This document shows positions 50,026-62,160 of a stretch of DNA of 64,000 nucleotides, in pieces. The stretch is from the NCBI RefSeq assembly GCF_009914755.1, contig NC_060928.1; one strand, given 5' to 3'. The first letter of the stretch is position 1, and the number at the start of each line of letters is the position of its first letter. A program made the translations under genes and the position numbers. The notes below the pieces were generated by a model. It saw nothing but the letters and a program-made list of their open reading frames with translations. It was not told the DNA's origin and made no database searches. The stretch is from the human T2T-CHM13v2.0 reference genome, Homo sapiens.

Positions 50026-50431
50026 TACTATGGACTGAATGTGTCACCTCCAAATTCACATCTTGAAACCCTAAAATTCCCAGTGTGATGGTATTTGGAG
50101 ATGGGGCCTTTGGGAGGAAATTAGTTTATTAGAGTGGAGTCCTCATGACAGGATGAGTGCCCTTAGAAGAACAGACATGAGAGTGCTCTCTTTCTCATTC
50201 TCTCTCTCTCTCTCTCTTTCTGCCTCTCTGTTTCTCTGTTCTCTACCCTGTAAGGGTACAACGAGAAGGCAGCTATCTGCAAACCAGGAAGAGGGCCCTC
50301 ACCAGACACTAGATCTGCCAGAACATTGATCTCAGATTTCCCAGCCTCCAGAACTGTGAGAAATAAGCATAAGTTGTTTAAGCCACCCAGTTTATGGTAC
50401 TTTCTTACCGCACCCTGAATGGACGAAGACA
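50026..50431 (+). mobile_element. MLT1A/B solo LTR
   Basis: tactatggactgaatgtgtc...gaatggacgaagaca; perfect TSD caaag at 50021-50025 and 50432-50436. Confidence 0.88.
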
Positions 50432-51738
50432 CAAAGTAAAACCCAGCCTGCCTGAGATGGCTCCTGGTAAGTAATGGAGCTGGGAGAGGAGAAGGATCTG
50501 ATGTAACTTGGATCTTCATGTGATAGCAGAGTAGGCGGGTGAGGGGAAATGAAAGAAAACTGCGAAAACTGCAATTTCCTGCATTTGGCCTCAGCTTTCT
50601 CAAATGGAAGTTCTAAAATAAGCAATTCTCGCAGTTGGTGTTAGAATTAAAGAAAGGATAAGTCCACACACCAGTTAGAGAAGTTAGTGGCACAACCTAT
50701 TCTATCTATTCTAACATATTTCTATCTCCACCCCAACATCATCCTCAGAGGTATTATAATAGGAATCTGAGTTAATCAACATATAGCAATTGGTACAGCC
50801 ATCTGGGAGGGAAATCTTGTAGAATTTATCAAAGTATTGAATGCACGTATTCTTTGATCTATTGCTCCATGTCTAGGTATCTATAGAATTGCACATGTTT
50901 CATAAATATATGTTCAAGGATGTTTATTGCAGTGTTATTTTAATAACTACAAAATCGGGGAAATCCCTAAATGTCTGCTGTACAAATGGCTAAGTAAAAT
51001 ATGGTACAGTCACACCATGTATATATATAATGATTTTAAAGAATTAGAATGTACTTATAAACACAAAAAGTGCTTTAAGGCATAATATTAAATAAAAAAT
51101 TATGTCACAGAACATTATGTAGAATATATGCATGTGCATATATACTTACATAAGAAACAGATCTGCAAGAAACTCTGGCAAACAGTTAACAACAGTGGTT
51201 ATTTCTAGGGAAAGAAGTGTTTCCAGAAAGATGGAAAATCACCTTTATGTTGTTATATGCTCTAGATAATACTGTATTGTTTAACTTTTTAACTCTAGTG
51301 TGTATTTATGTATCATTTGTGTATATATACATATATATATCTGCTATATAGTGCCTAGCACTGTGTTCTGACATTGTAGGTACTCAATAAATATTTGTTA
51401 CATATGCAGATGAATATTTATCGAATAAAAACAAACATGCATTATTACTATAGCTGAAGTATCATTTCCAAAAGTGCAAAAATCACAAATCTTATACAAA
51501 TATAAAATGAACACATATCAAAGATTTCATGCATTTACAAATGAGAGAACTAGAGATACATTAAAATTAGTTCAAATGGGTTTCTGACTTAAAATGATTT
51601 ATATCCTCTATCAGACAAAATTCACTTACATTGCCATGAACAAGAACGTGGTTATCAGTTTTCCACAAAGCACTTTTTTTATTCCAACAGAGTTGTAAAA
51701 CAGCCTATTTGATCAAAGACAATCAAAGGTGCATCCCC

Positions 51739-51909
51739 AGCTGGGCATGGTGGTGCACACCTGTGGTCCAGCTACTCCAGAAGCTGAGGTGGGAAGATCA
51801 CTTGAGTCCAAGAGGAGTTCAAGGTTGTAGTGCACTATGATTGAGCCTGTGAATAGCCACTGCACCACAGCTTGAACAACATAGTGAGACTCCATCTATA
51901 AAAAAAAAA
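51739..51909 (+). mobile_element. Alu right monomer (FRAM/FAM-like)
   Basis: TSD gtgcatcccc at 51729-51738 and 51912-51921. Confidence 0.85.
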
Positions 51910-52043
51910 TTGTGCATCCCCCTATGAAATCAAATAGTGCCTAGCAGGCCCCCTAGGCATGCTTAAGGTCCACTGTAAGAATAGCCAGAAATTTCTTTTG
52001 CTCATTTCCAAATCAATTTTTCCCAACACTGGTATGTTAACAA

Positions 52044-52357
<314 letters not shown>

Positions 52358-52662
52358 CTACATATATACAGATCAATACTGTTCACTTATTCTCTTAACA
52401 AGATCACCAAATTTGTCTAAATTTGCTTTGCAAGTAAGGTAATGCAAAGCTTTGCCTTATGAAATCTCAAAGTGTCCTTGAATAAGATGTTCTGGAAATA
52501 ACTTGGCAAAACCTAATCGAAGTAAATCATTGTGGCATTTGTTCTTTAAAAGCAATAGTACAGAACTTACACTCTGCATGGTATGTTGCTGAAGCCCAGT
52601 TTGTTAACAAAAACACAAAACAAAAGAACACCACTGCTGTATTAGGTCTTTCTTAAGCATCT

Positions 52663-53270
52663 TAGGTTAACAACCAGTCCTGGTCCAACCAAAGACACTC
52701 TAATAGATTTCCTGTTCTAGGATTTTCCCAACTGTCTGGAGGCCACAGTCTTTACTACTCCCATTCACCAACTCCTCCCAGTTAAATGCATAAAAATGCA
52801 TCAAATGCTAAATGGTAAAATGCATAAATTATTATTGTTAAGGGGAAATTAATCTCCACAATAATTTGGGATATTAGTATAATTTGGGGGGCAAATCAAT
52901 GACATTTCTGAAAATACGACAAAAATATTTTTTAGTAAATCAAACTATGAGAAAAGAGACAATTGCAACAAACAATAGGTATCACCAAAAATATGTAAAC
53001 TTTAAAAGTCTTTTTTAATTTTCAGGAATAAAATACATTCACCAGTGAAATAATTTTTAAAACATATTATTGACTATATTTTTCAAACAAAAAATGAGGC
53101 CTCATATAGTCTAGGAAATTTTTTTTTGCTATGAGAATATATAGATGTGAAAAAGTTTTCAAAATAAAAAAACATATATAGTTACATATTTAATAAATAC
53201 TCTTCACTGAAAGAAAAAAGTACATATAATTGGGACTATCTGGAAAAATCCAAGATATGTGATCTTCCTA
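52663..53270. mobile_element. Possible hAT-Blackjack-type DNA transposon relic
   Basis: Degenerate termini taggttaacaaccagtcctgg and gggactatctggaaaaatccaagatatgtgatcttccta; no TSD seen. Confidence 0.35.
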
Positions 53271-53289
53271 ACAATAATCTTTAGAGTGT

Positions 53290-53463
53290 TGTACTTCATA
53301 GACTCAATTAAATCATTTTTAAAATGCACCATATTTTATGTACTGTGAAGAAAAATAAAATGGCCAATAAAACTATTTCTTATTGCATCAATTGTAAGAC
53401 ACACTGTGATTTTAGAGGAGTTAAAACATAAATAAGTAGGATGTCTTAGAGGAGAAGTATAGT
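53290..53463. mobile_element. MER104-like TcMar MITE
   Basis: caattgtaagacacactgtgattttagaggagttaaaa...tgtcttaga. Confidence 0.5.
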
Positions 53464-54042
53464 GTTTATCTCTTGTAAAAGATATAAACTAAAACTTTTA
53501 TTTATCTGATTAGCAAGGCTCTTTTCACAGAAATCTTAGGCTATTATTGCATTTTACCAGAATATGATTCCTCCTATTAAACTATTATTAATAATAAAGA
53601 GTTTGCGAAGAAAAAAACCTAAGTAAGAAAGGATTAGCAATTGCAACTGTGGCAACCAGTGACTGGTGCCTACCTCAGTGACAGAGCAAGCTGTCATGTC
53701 CTGTTCCAGTGGATCTAGCAATGGTGGCCTCAATTGAGGTTTTAGGAATAATTTTGACTGTAATCCTGACTGTTGCTTGAAATTCCTTGTTTCTCCCAGT
53801 TTTCTATGCTGTGTTCTTCAGTTCTTCCAAGAGTTCTGTGAACTTCTTAACATCCTTTCAATAAGTTCCTTGTCTGCCCAACTCAACCAGAATCAGTGTT
53901 TTTTGCCGCATGCTTTAACTGATACCTCTGGATTTCTGCAATTTGTTGAAGAGGGATAACTGACATAGTTTGAGGCAAATCAGTGATTCGGCCCTTCTAA
54001 AGACAGTTACCAATCTCTTCCACTTCTCCAAATGATATCCTC

Positions 54043-54045
<3 letters not shown>

Positions 54046-54096
<51 letters not shown>

Positions 54097-54103
54097 TATA
54101 TAT
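54046..54103. repeat. (TA)n(CA)n microsatellite
   Basis: About 19 TA units followed by CA units. Confidence 0.92.
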
Positions 54104-54599
54104 AGCCATATTCAACAATAACAAAATACTTGAACCATACAGTATAAAAAGCTCACATATACCCATTTTTAAAAGCACAATTTATAAAATTATAGAAGAA
54201 ATATGTTGCCTACTTTACAAAGAAATTAAAACAAAATTTAATTTGCTTAGAGCTACTAGGATTCAGTGAAGAACCTAGAAATGGAAGGAATTCCACAGTC
54301 GTCATATTATATACAAGGTAGAAGAGTAGTAACTGATTTCAGTTAATAATGGGGAATGCCAAATTCATTAATTGTACTACCTCAGAAGGATAAGGCACAA
54401 ATTAACTAATTGGGTAGGCTGATTTCTTTGTACTTGTTTGCAAAGTCTCTCTACCCCATTTCATAATTTCTACCTACCTCACCAAAGCAATATCAGCATA
54501 TCCTTATTTCTTCACAGTCCTCTGGGGTGTTGCAGTTTAGCGAATTTAGAAGTCAAATATTGTTCTCCTCAAGAAATGTAGCTTTCAATAATATGAATG

Positions 54600-54810
54600 A
54601 TAGTAATAAGTAACACTTGTGTGGTGCTTCACGATGGCCAGACACTATTCTAAGTATTTTACATATATTAACCAGTTTAGTCTTCATAAGAATCCTAGGA
54701 AGAAAATATTACCTTATCCTAATTTTGCACAAGGACACTGAAGCTAATTGCCTAAGGCCAGTAGGTGGCAGAGCTGGGATTTGAACTCAGGCTAGCTTCA
54801 GAATTTATGT
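54600..54810 (-). mobile_element. MIR
   Basis: ccagacactattctaagtattttacatatattaac...ggcagagctgggatttgaactcagg. Confidence 0.75.
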
Positions 54811-55882
54811 GCCTGTTATAACAAACTAACCCCCACCCCCAGCTTTAGAAGTTGCTTGTTTCTGCTGCTATATATTTGTACTACATCATGGACCAGGCAG
54901 ATTTTGAAGTATAAAACTTAATATAAGTTTTATACTTATACTAAGTATAAAAACTTAGCTTTCCTTTCTAACCCTTTACATCTAAGCCTCAGGTTTTCTT
55001 CCTTGTAAAACAGGAGTAATATTTGTTATGCCTAGCTTGTAGATTGTTGAGTAGAAGAAATGAAATAATGCATGCGAAAGTGCTTTGTAAAGTGTTATGT
55101 AAAGAATTATTACTTAAATTATGAAGGAACATGTCATTTAGGATATAGCTTCAGCTGTGTTTGATGAAAATGTTGCTGAAAGCAAATTAGGTCACAGCTA
55201 GATTCAAGCTATGATTCAAGCTAGGTTCAAGCTATGACTCAAACCCAGGGTTCTTGGTATAGAAACTCCATACTTCTAACTACACCATAGCACTCTCTCC
55301 TCTGATACTCTCTCACTACAATACTTGATAGTACACCATTATTTTCCCGTGCAATTCCATTAAAAATAAAAATGTAAATATAAGTTGTTTTTCAAGATTT
55401 TCCCATAAAATGTTTCTCTGGTGGCCTAAATCAGAAATTCCTACCTCTAACTTATAAACAAAGCTGACAGAGGGCAACAGAGAAAGATAGGTCAAGCGAC
55501 AAAAGCTGTTACTTGGGTATCTAAGCAACTGGAAACGCTTGGCTGAGGAAGATTTCTTCCGCCCCTGGCAAGCTGGGGACATTCCAGCAGGGCACCTTTG
55601 AGCCTCTGATGTGAAAAGCAGCTCAGATTCACATTCCCACCCCAGAGGGGCATGTTTATCAGTCTGGGAACATTCTGAGGGTATTCAGGGAAGAGTGGTA
55701 ACAAACTGCTTCATCTACTCTCACTACTTCAGGCAACGTCTCTGCATCTTATGCTCTTATTACTTCCAGCAAAAGAGAAGGTAAACAGTAATCTAAAATA
55801 AAAACCATATAAGCAATAACGTTAGCACTCTCTCTCATCTCTCTAGCAAATTCCTCATTAGGAGTTAGAAGGTGAAAAAAAA

Positions 55883-56196
55883 TTTTTTTTAAAATTTTTT
55901 TTTTAATTTTTTTGAGATAGGGTCTCACTCTGTCACCCAGGCTAGAGTGCAGTAGAGTGAACAGGGGTCACAGAGGCCTCGAACTCCCAGGCCCAAGCAA
56001 TCCACCCGCCTCAGCTTTCCAAGTAGCTGGGACTACAGGCACACGCCACCATGCCCAGCTAATTTTTAAATTTTTGTGTAGAGATGGGGTCTCCATATGT
56101 TGCCCAGGCTGGTCTTGAACTTCTGGGCTCAAGAGACATTCATGCATCAGCCTCCTAAAGTGCTGGAATTACAGATGTGAGCCACCACGCCCGGCT
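55883..56196 (-). mobile_element. AluJ
   Basis: Poly-T followed by an antisense dimeric Alu. Confidence 0.92.
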
Positions 56197-56661
56197 GGAA
56201 AATCTTAAAATCAATCCAAGAAGTGCTGGCTGGGTTGTACTACGTGATTAGGCCCATGCATATGCTTAGGGTTTCCATGAAGCCCTTCAGCAGGATAAAT
56301 ACAAGAAAAATTAACAGGTAAAGCCTTAGAAACCATTACACGCCAGATTTTGTGTTACCAAACACAAATACAATAAATTTAGAGAACATAAGTTCCCTGA
56401 ATGAAAACGAAAGATAAAAATAAAAAAGAAAGAAAAAGGAAAAATTAGAAAAAAGACATAGAAAAAGTCTGAGAACACAGAGTTCCGTAAGCCAGTTGTG
56501 GTTGAGTATATTGTACAGTATCTTAAGTAAAATAAAGTCATTACTACAACCACTTTTAATAAGTATTAAAATCAACTTCTCTCTGATATAAAGTGAAAAT
56601 GAAGAAAAGTGTCTATGTAAGTCTAAAATAGACTTTAAATGAAGAAACCATAAATACTATA

Positions 56662-56932
56662 CATTCATGGGTTGCATAACAATGTTTCAGTCAACAATGG
56701 ACCACATATACCACTGTAGCCTATAAGATTATAATACCATATTTTTATAGTACCTTTTCTATGTTTAGATACACAAATACTTACCATTGTGTTACAGTTG
56801 TCTAAGTAATAGGCTATACCATGTAGCCTGGGTGTGCAGTAGGCTATGCCATCTAGGTTTAGTATACCCTGTGATGTTGCCCAATGATGCATTTCTAAGA
56901 ATGTATCCCCACTGTTAAACAACATATGACTG
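56662..56932 (+). mobile_element. Tigger3 (Golem/MER7) short non-autonomous element
   Basis: TA|cattcatgggttgcataacaatgtttcagtcaacaatggaccacatata...aacatatgactg|TA. Confidence 0.85.
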
Positions 56933-58826
56933 TATAAATTTCCCTTGTTGTGCTATACCTTTGCCATCCCATCATTTCTTCATTCACCTCTTCAGCAAAC
57001 ATTGTTACCTATAGAAGGGTGGTTTTTGGCACTGTGGAAAGAGCTAGACCTGTAAAGATGAATAAGCCAGTTTCTGCTGTCTGGACTCAGTCTATTCACT
57101 CAACTAGTGGTAATAGCTATAATGAAGAAGATTGAAAGAAATTGCTCTCTTAGCTAAAACACAAGAAGGAGCAGAGCTTAAGGAAGGTGAGGTAAGTAGA
57201 ACCTCACATTCTATTTTGGCAGTCTTTGCATTGGTCCCACTTTTCCTGGGTTGGGGAATACTGTTTCTTCTATCACGCACTACTGTCCTCTGTTGTTCCC
57301 CTCTGTCACTCCTCTCACTCTCTTTTTTCCTCCTGCAGCAAAGGGAAAAAGTCAAAGAGGCCATGAGAGGACTAGGCAAAGGGGAAACAGGAAGTTGTTC
57401 AGGTACCTTGTGTAGTAGGTCTCCTTTTCTTGGACCATGGGGGAAAGCAAAGGCTGGATTCTGATCGTCTAAGAGCTAAAAGGGACCACAGAGGCCATCC
57501 TTACTATCCGTTTACAGCTGAGGACACTGAGGGTTAATAACTTACCAAGGCCATGCAATTAGTGGCATTGGCAGCACTAGAACTCAGGCTTCTTGACTTC
57601 CAGAGAGTTAGAATGGAGCACTTCTAATCCTTTATGCAGGGTAGGGTAGTAGCCAGAGATGGAAACCCTACTACTGGCTTCAGCCATTATTCTGATTATC
57701 TTCTTCACTATCAAGCACTCCTTCATTTCCGATCCTCCAAACAATTGGACAATTTATTAATGTAGTCACCCCATAGTTCTCTGTTCAGTAGGGACTTATT
57801 TTCAAATCTTCTCTGTCATTTCAGTTATCCACCCCATAAGGAACAAATTATGGTTTCTCGACATCCTTTTGAAAACGTGCAACCCAAACTAACCGCACAG
57901 CTTCAAAGATCTGTTTGGTGAGGTAAAATGATGTCTTTGTGTTCTGCTTTTCAATGCATCCTAATTTGACTTTTGGTTTTGCTCATTTGTTAGTAAATTT
58001 TCAACACTTTACTTACTTTTACCGTGTCAGTAAAGACCTTGAGGAATTTACATAGTTGATCTATTTCTATAAGGGTGCTCTCCTGAACCTTGTCCTGTGT
58101 GAAGGCCCGCCTTTTTTCTTTTTTCTCTTTGTTTCTCTCTTTTTTTCATTTGTTAGCTTGTCAGTAATGACCGGGTGGCGGATACATGTCAAGAAAACTA
58201 ATCACCTTCTAACAGGATTAAGACTAGAATTAATGCAGATCTTGTGCCCTTCCTGTTCCCGCTTTGGCAGCCCAAGGTCCACCACTGCTCAGAGACTAGC
58301 TGGAGGGCAACGGCGTCCCATAGCATCTCACACTGTGTTGGGATCCTAGGTGGTGACCTTTGTGAGATTCAGTACTGAGTTTCTGGGAGACGGCGCTGCG
58401 GTTGTGATCGGAATTGTTGGCCGACGCACCTCTGGACGCCCAGTGAGGCAAAAGCATCTCCTGTTTTCAAGGTGATGACACTGGGCTGGAATGCCGCGGG
58501 GCCAACCAGTCCGTCCTGCCAGACAAGTTTCTGGTCCAGTGAGCCTCCGACCCGCCGCGCGTGTCAAGCTGACAAGGCCGGGGAGGCGTTTGAAGCAGCA
58601 GTGTTGAGCGCTGTTAACATTTAGCGGGCGTCTTTGAGTAGCTCCTCCAGCCCTCGCAGCGGCCCAGGGACTAGCCTGCAAGTTCTCAACGCTCACTTCC
58701 AGCCCGCGCTGGCCCCGCCTCCGCCTCCCAGCTCCTCAGCCTCCTCCCGCCCCACCGCTCCCACCTTTTCTCAGGCCCCCACCTGCCAGCACGCAGAGGC
58801 GGGGGCGGGGTCGCGGGCCGGGCTCC

Positions 58827-58834
58827 TGACGTCA
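58827..58834. promoter_or_regulatory. Full palindromic CRE (CREB/ATF site)
   Basis: TGACGTCA between GC boxes in the CpG island. Confidence 0.65.
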
Positions 58835-59215
58835 CCTCACGGGGAGGCGGGGCTGTGGGAACCGCAGTGCAGCGCAGAGGGGCGGGGCCTGCGGCGCGAG
58901 ACCTGGTGCGGGAGGCCCGGGCAGGGAGAAGTGTGCGGGGCCGGGACAAGCCGGCTCCGAGTCCGGCTCCGGGGGGCGGGGCGGGAGGGGCCTGCGCGGC
59001 GGCGGGAGCCCAGAGCCGCGCTAAAGCGGGTCAAGCGTCCTCCTTTTCTCCCCGCCCCTTCTCCTCCTCCTACCTGGGCCTCTGCGTGGAGACGCGCACC
59101 TGGCAACCGGAGGCCGCGTCTCCGCCTTCTCTGCTCGCGCCTGGCGCCCGGAGCCTGCCCGGGACCTCCGCCGGAGCCGCGCTCGCTGCAGGCGGCCTCG
59201 AGCGCTCTCTCGTTG

Positions 59216-59233
59216 ATGCCGTTTTGGAGGTGA
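59216..59233 (+). other. uORF1 (MPFWR*), same frame as CDS1
   Basis: atg ccg ttt tgg agg tga; 183 nt upstream of the main ATG; assumes the TSS lies upstream. Confidence 0.55.
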
Positions 59234-59252
59234 CCGGCGCGGCGGCCGCTCT

Positions 59253-59270
59253 ATGGTGGGGCCGCGTTAG
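59253..59270 (+). other. uORF2 (MVGPR*)
   Basis: atg gtg ggg ccg cgt tag. Confidence 0.5.
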
Positions 59271-59398
59271 TGGCTGCGGCTCCGCGGGACTCCAGGGCGC
59301 GGCTGCGAGGTGGCGGGGCGCCCCGCCTGCAGAACCCTGCTTGCAGCTCAGGTTTCGGGGTGCTTGAGGAGGCCGCCACGGCAGCGCGGGAGCGGAAG

Positions 59399-59515
59399 AT
59401 GTTGGAGCTGAGGCACCGGGGAAGCTGCCCCGGCCCCAGGGAAGCGGTGTCGCCGCCACACCGCGAGGGAGAGGCGGCCGGCGGCGACCACGAAACCGAG
59501 AGCACCAGCGACAAA
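59399..59515 (+). CDS. CDS1: CDP-diacylglycerol synthase 1 (phosphatidate cytidylyltransferase 1), first coding exon; the gene continues beyond the window
   Basis: MLELRHRGSCPGPREAVSPPHREGEAAGGDHETESTSDK (39 codons) is the CDS1 N-terminus as I recall it. Context aagATG (A at -3). Consensus donor AAA|gtaagt at 59516, phase 0. Confidence 0.96.
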
Positions 59516-62160
59516 GTAAGTGGAGCCGAGAGAGGCGGACGCCGCGCCCTGGCTGGGTCCTGGTTGGAAGCGGGACACTTGAGAGCAAGGGTGGGGCCCG
59601 TCCAGCGTCAGGTGAGGCTGCACGCTGCCGGTGCACCTTCCTCCCTGCCTGGCACTGCTTCCTCCTTCTCCAGAGGGGGTCGGGACCCGGGATCCCAGTG
59701 GCGGTGAGGTTCCCAGGATGACCGCGGCCGCTGCCCGGGAGAAATGGGCCACTCAACCCGGCTTACAGTTTAGCTTCATCCTCTTCCGGTCCCTTCTTCA
59801 GGATCTGGGGCCGACGCTGGAATCAGGAGGGAACCTGTCCTCCTAGGGGCTGCAGTGCAGTTAGTAGCTGCCACCTCACCTCTCTTTTCAGTAGAGGGAA
59901 CAAAGTTAGTAAGGACTAGAGACGTGCCACCGTCGGCTGTATCATTTCATCGGATCCTGACGCGGGAGGCTTGGCTTCTCGCGCTGCCCCATATGCACTT
60001 ACATTTTCTCCATCCTTTTTCAGTATGATAGATTTTGGAGGTTTTAGAGTATCATGCACGTGACATAATAGTAATCTTCCAGCTTCTTTTGAGTACACGA
60101 CAGACAGTGCAATTCTTCTGTCTACCAGTAGATTTCATATAACCCGACGTTAATTCATGAAGACTTTTCACTTCCTTTTCTATAGATTACTCTTCTTTCA
60201 CATTTAAGAATAAGTAGATGCGATATTACTATCTGTTTAAAGCTAGAAAAGGAATTCGGGCGTGTTTGGTAATATAGTGGTGCAAGTAAGAACTTGTGAA
60301 GAAATGCAGTTTTATGATCTTATGGACTGGATGGTTTGGGAAATTGGACCAGAGAATAGATTGTTGTATCAAACCGTCTGTTTAGAAAATTCCATTTTAT
60401 TTGAGAAACCCAAAACACGTAAACTGTTTCTAGAAGCATACTTTGGAAGCAGGCATTGCAGTTTGAATTACAGAAGTGAGGTGGATTGCCCAAGGTCAAG
60501 TTCGTGGCTCTTGAAACTAGAATCTAAGTTTCCTGATTCCTTTTCTTCTGGTTTATGTGGTTGCTGAGACTGGCTGGCAGTTCTGATTTGGGGAGGATTC
60601 CACCTGAAAGTTGATGTTGATGAGTTTGATGTAACCCAAATTACAAAGCCCTAATAGGAACATATCACATGATATCACGAAATAAACGTAAACGTGATTC
60701 TTAGTACTAAAACTTTAGAATCAATGGAATCAATGTAGTGACACTTTTCCCCTTACCCTTGATAGTAAGTAGAATAAAATGAGTCTGTAATAAAACATAA
60801 GTGTCAAGGAATTACCCAAAATATAACAATTTCCAGCTACTGAAGGTTGAAGTTACAAAACTAGGAACAGTGGGCTGAGAATAGTCTTTGTGAAAACTGC
60901 CTTGGAAACTAGACCCAAAATAGAATTAATTAGGTTGGGATTTGTTTTGTTTTGTTTTTAGCACTGGTATAGTTTAGCATCAAGGAAATACCAGCTTCTC
61001 TATGCTGACTTCCTTAACTCGACAAAGCTAACAAGCTTTTGTTAAGAGAAAAGATGTTCAGGAAGCCATGCATAAAATACCTTCGGAATTAAGTTTTTTC
61101 TTTTTTTAACACCATAATGTATTTAAAATGGAAACTACTTCTGTAGTGTGATTTGACTCATTAGAACTGTTGTCTCTAGCTATCTGTGACTAGGTTACCT
61201 CGCTGCATATTTATTTATTTATCAATGCAGTACTGTTGGTTTTTATTGACACATGTCCAGCTGGATTTTGTTTTCTGAAAGTAGACTTTGCTATATGTAA
61301 CCTGTTTTGTCAAGATTTCTTAGACAAGGATGAACATATTCAAACCATATCTAAAATACTGCTCTACTTTTAGAGTTTATCATGAGGAACTTTTGACTTG
61401 GCAAGCTGATAGATATTGAACTCTATCCCTGTCTGTCCTTTCTTATCAGGGTGTGTATTTGAATACACCTGTATTTCCAGGTCAAGGGCTATTTTAAAAT
61501 CAGTTTGCACACTGGAGGCTGGTTAATATTTGGTCAATTCAAACTCATTAAGGGCCTTCCCTGTTCAGTTGCAGTAAAGGCAAAACTCTTGGGGAATTAG
61601 TGAAAGAAGTGAAGGAGGTACATTATATTCTGCTATTATAATACACTCCCATGCATTGCCATTTTGTAGTCTTTTAATAATGGTGTTATTAACATGACAC
61701 TCCCTTTGTTCCGGACTGGTGACTTATGCTGAGAGAAGGCTCTGTACTCCAGATAATTAGCAAGTGAAAAAAATACTTCTTACCTGCAGAGGAATGTTCC
61801 CAAGTGTTAAATGTTGGAGTGGTACTTGAAAAATGACAAGGGACATCTTCAAGGAACCCTGCAGGAGACATATATGAGTTAGATTTATTGGAAGTCTGTA
61901 CAAGGCTCATTGTTAGCATAGAGGGCATGCTTGGCGTCTACCTGGAGACTGTAGGAAAAGCTCTAAACAGTGGATGAGGATTGAGCTGGGAATGAAAAGA
62001 TTCCTGGGACTCACCAGGTTTACAAGGGTTTGGGTAGGGTGTTCTAGGCAAAGGACGTGTTGGGTTTTTTCTTGAATCAGCATTCTAGGCACAGGGTTGC
62101 AGATACAGAGGAAGAGATAATGAAGGTCCTGAGAGCAAAAGGAGGAGGCATTGCTTAGAG

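Larger units (their letters stand above)
58390..59990 (+). promoter_or_regulatory. CDS1: CpG island / TATA-less promoter and 5' leader of CDS1
   Basis: Sharp rise in GC and CpG content; multiple GC boxes (e.g. 58802-58811, 58879-58888, 58972-58985); surrounds exon 1. The exact TSS cannot be read from sequence. Confidence 0.93.

Noticed and set aside
48900-50431. Apparent LTR-internal-LTR MLT1 provirus
   Set aside because: The second LTR has its own TSD (caaag) on both sides, so it is an independent solo LTR
57130-57464. Hydrophobic 110-aa ORF resembling a membrane protein
   Set aside because: Starts at a non-ATG codon, arises from CT-rich sequence, and has no recognisable homology or splice support
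57700-58260. Possible CR1/L3 relic upstream of the CpG island
   Set aside because: Similarity too weak to support by eye
59516-59707. Continuation of the CDS1 frame (VSGAERGG...) in the ORF track
   Set aside because: Lies after a consensus GTAAGT donor, so it is intron 1
58346-59846. Many overlapping 90-230 aa ORFs on both strands
   Set aside because: Expected in a CpG island with few stop codons; low-complexity A/G/P/R peptides. Only 59399-59515 matches a known protein.
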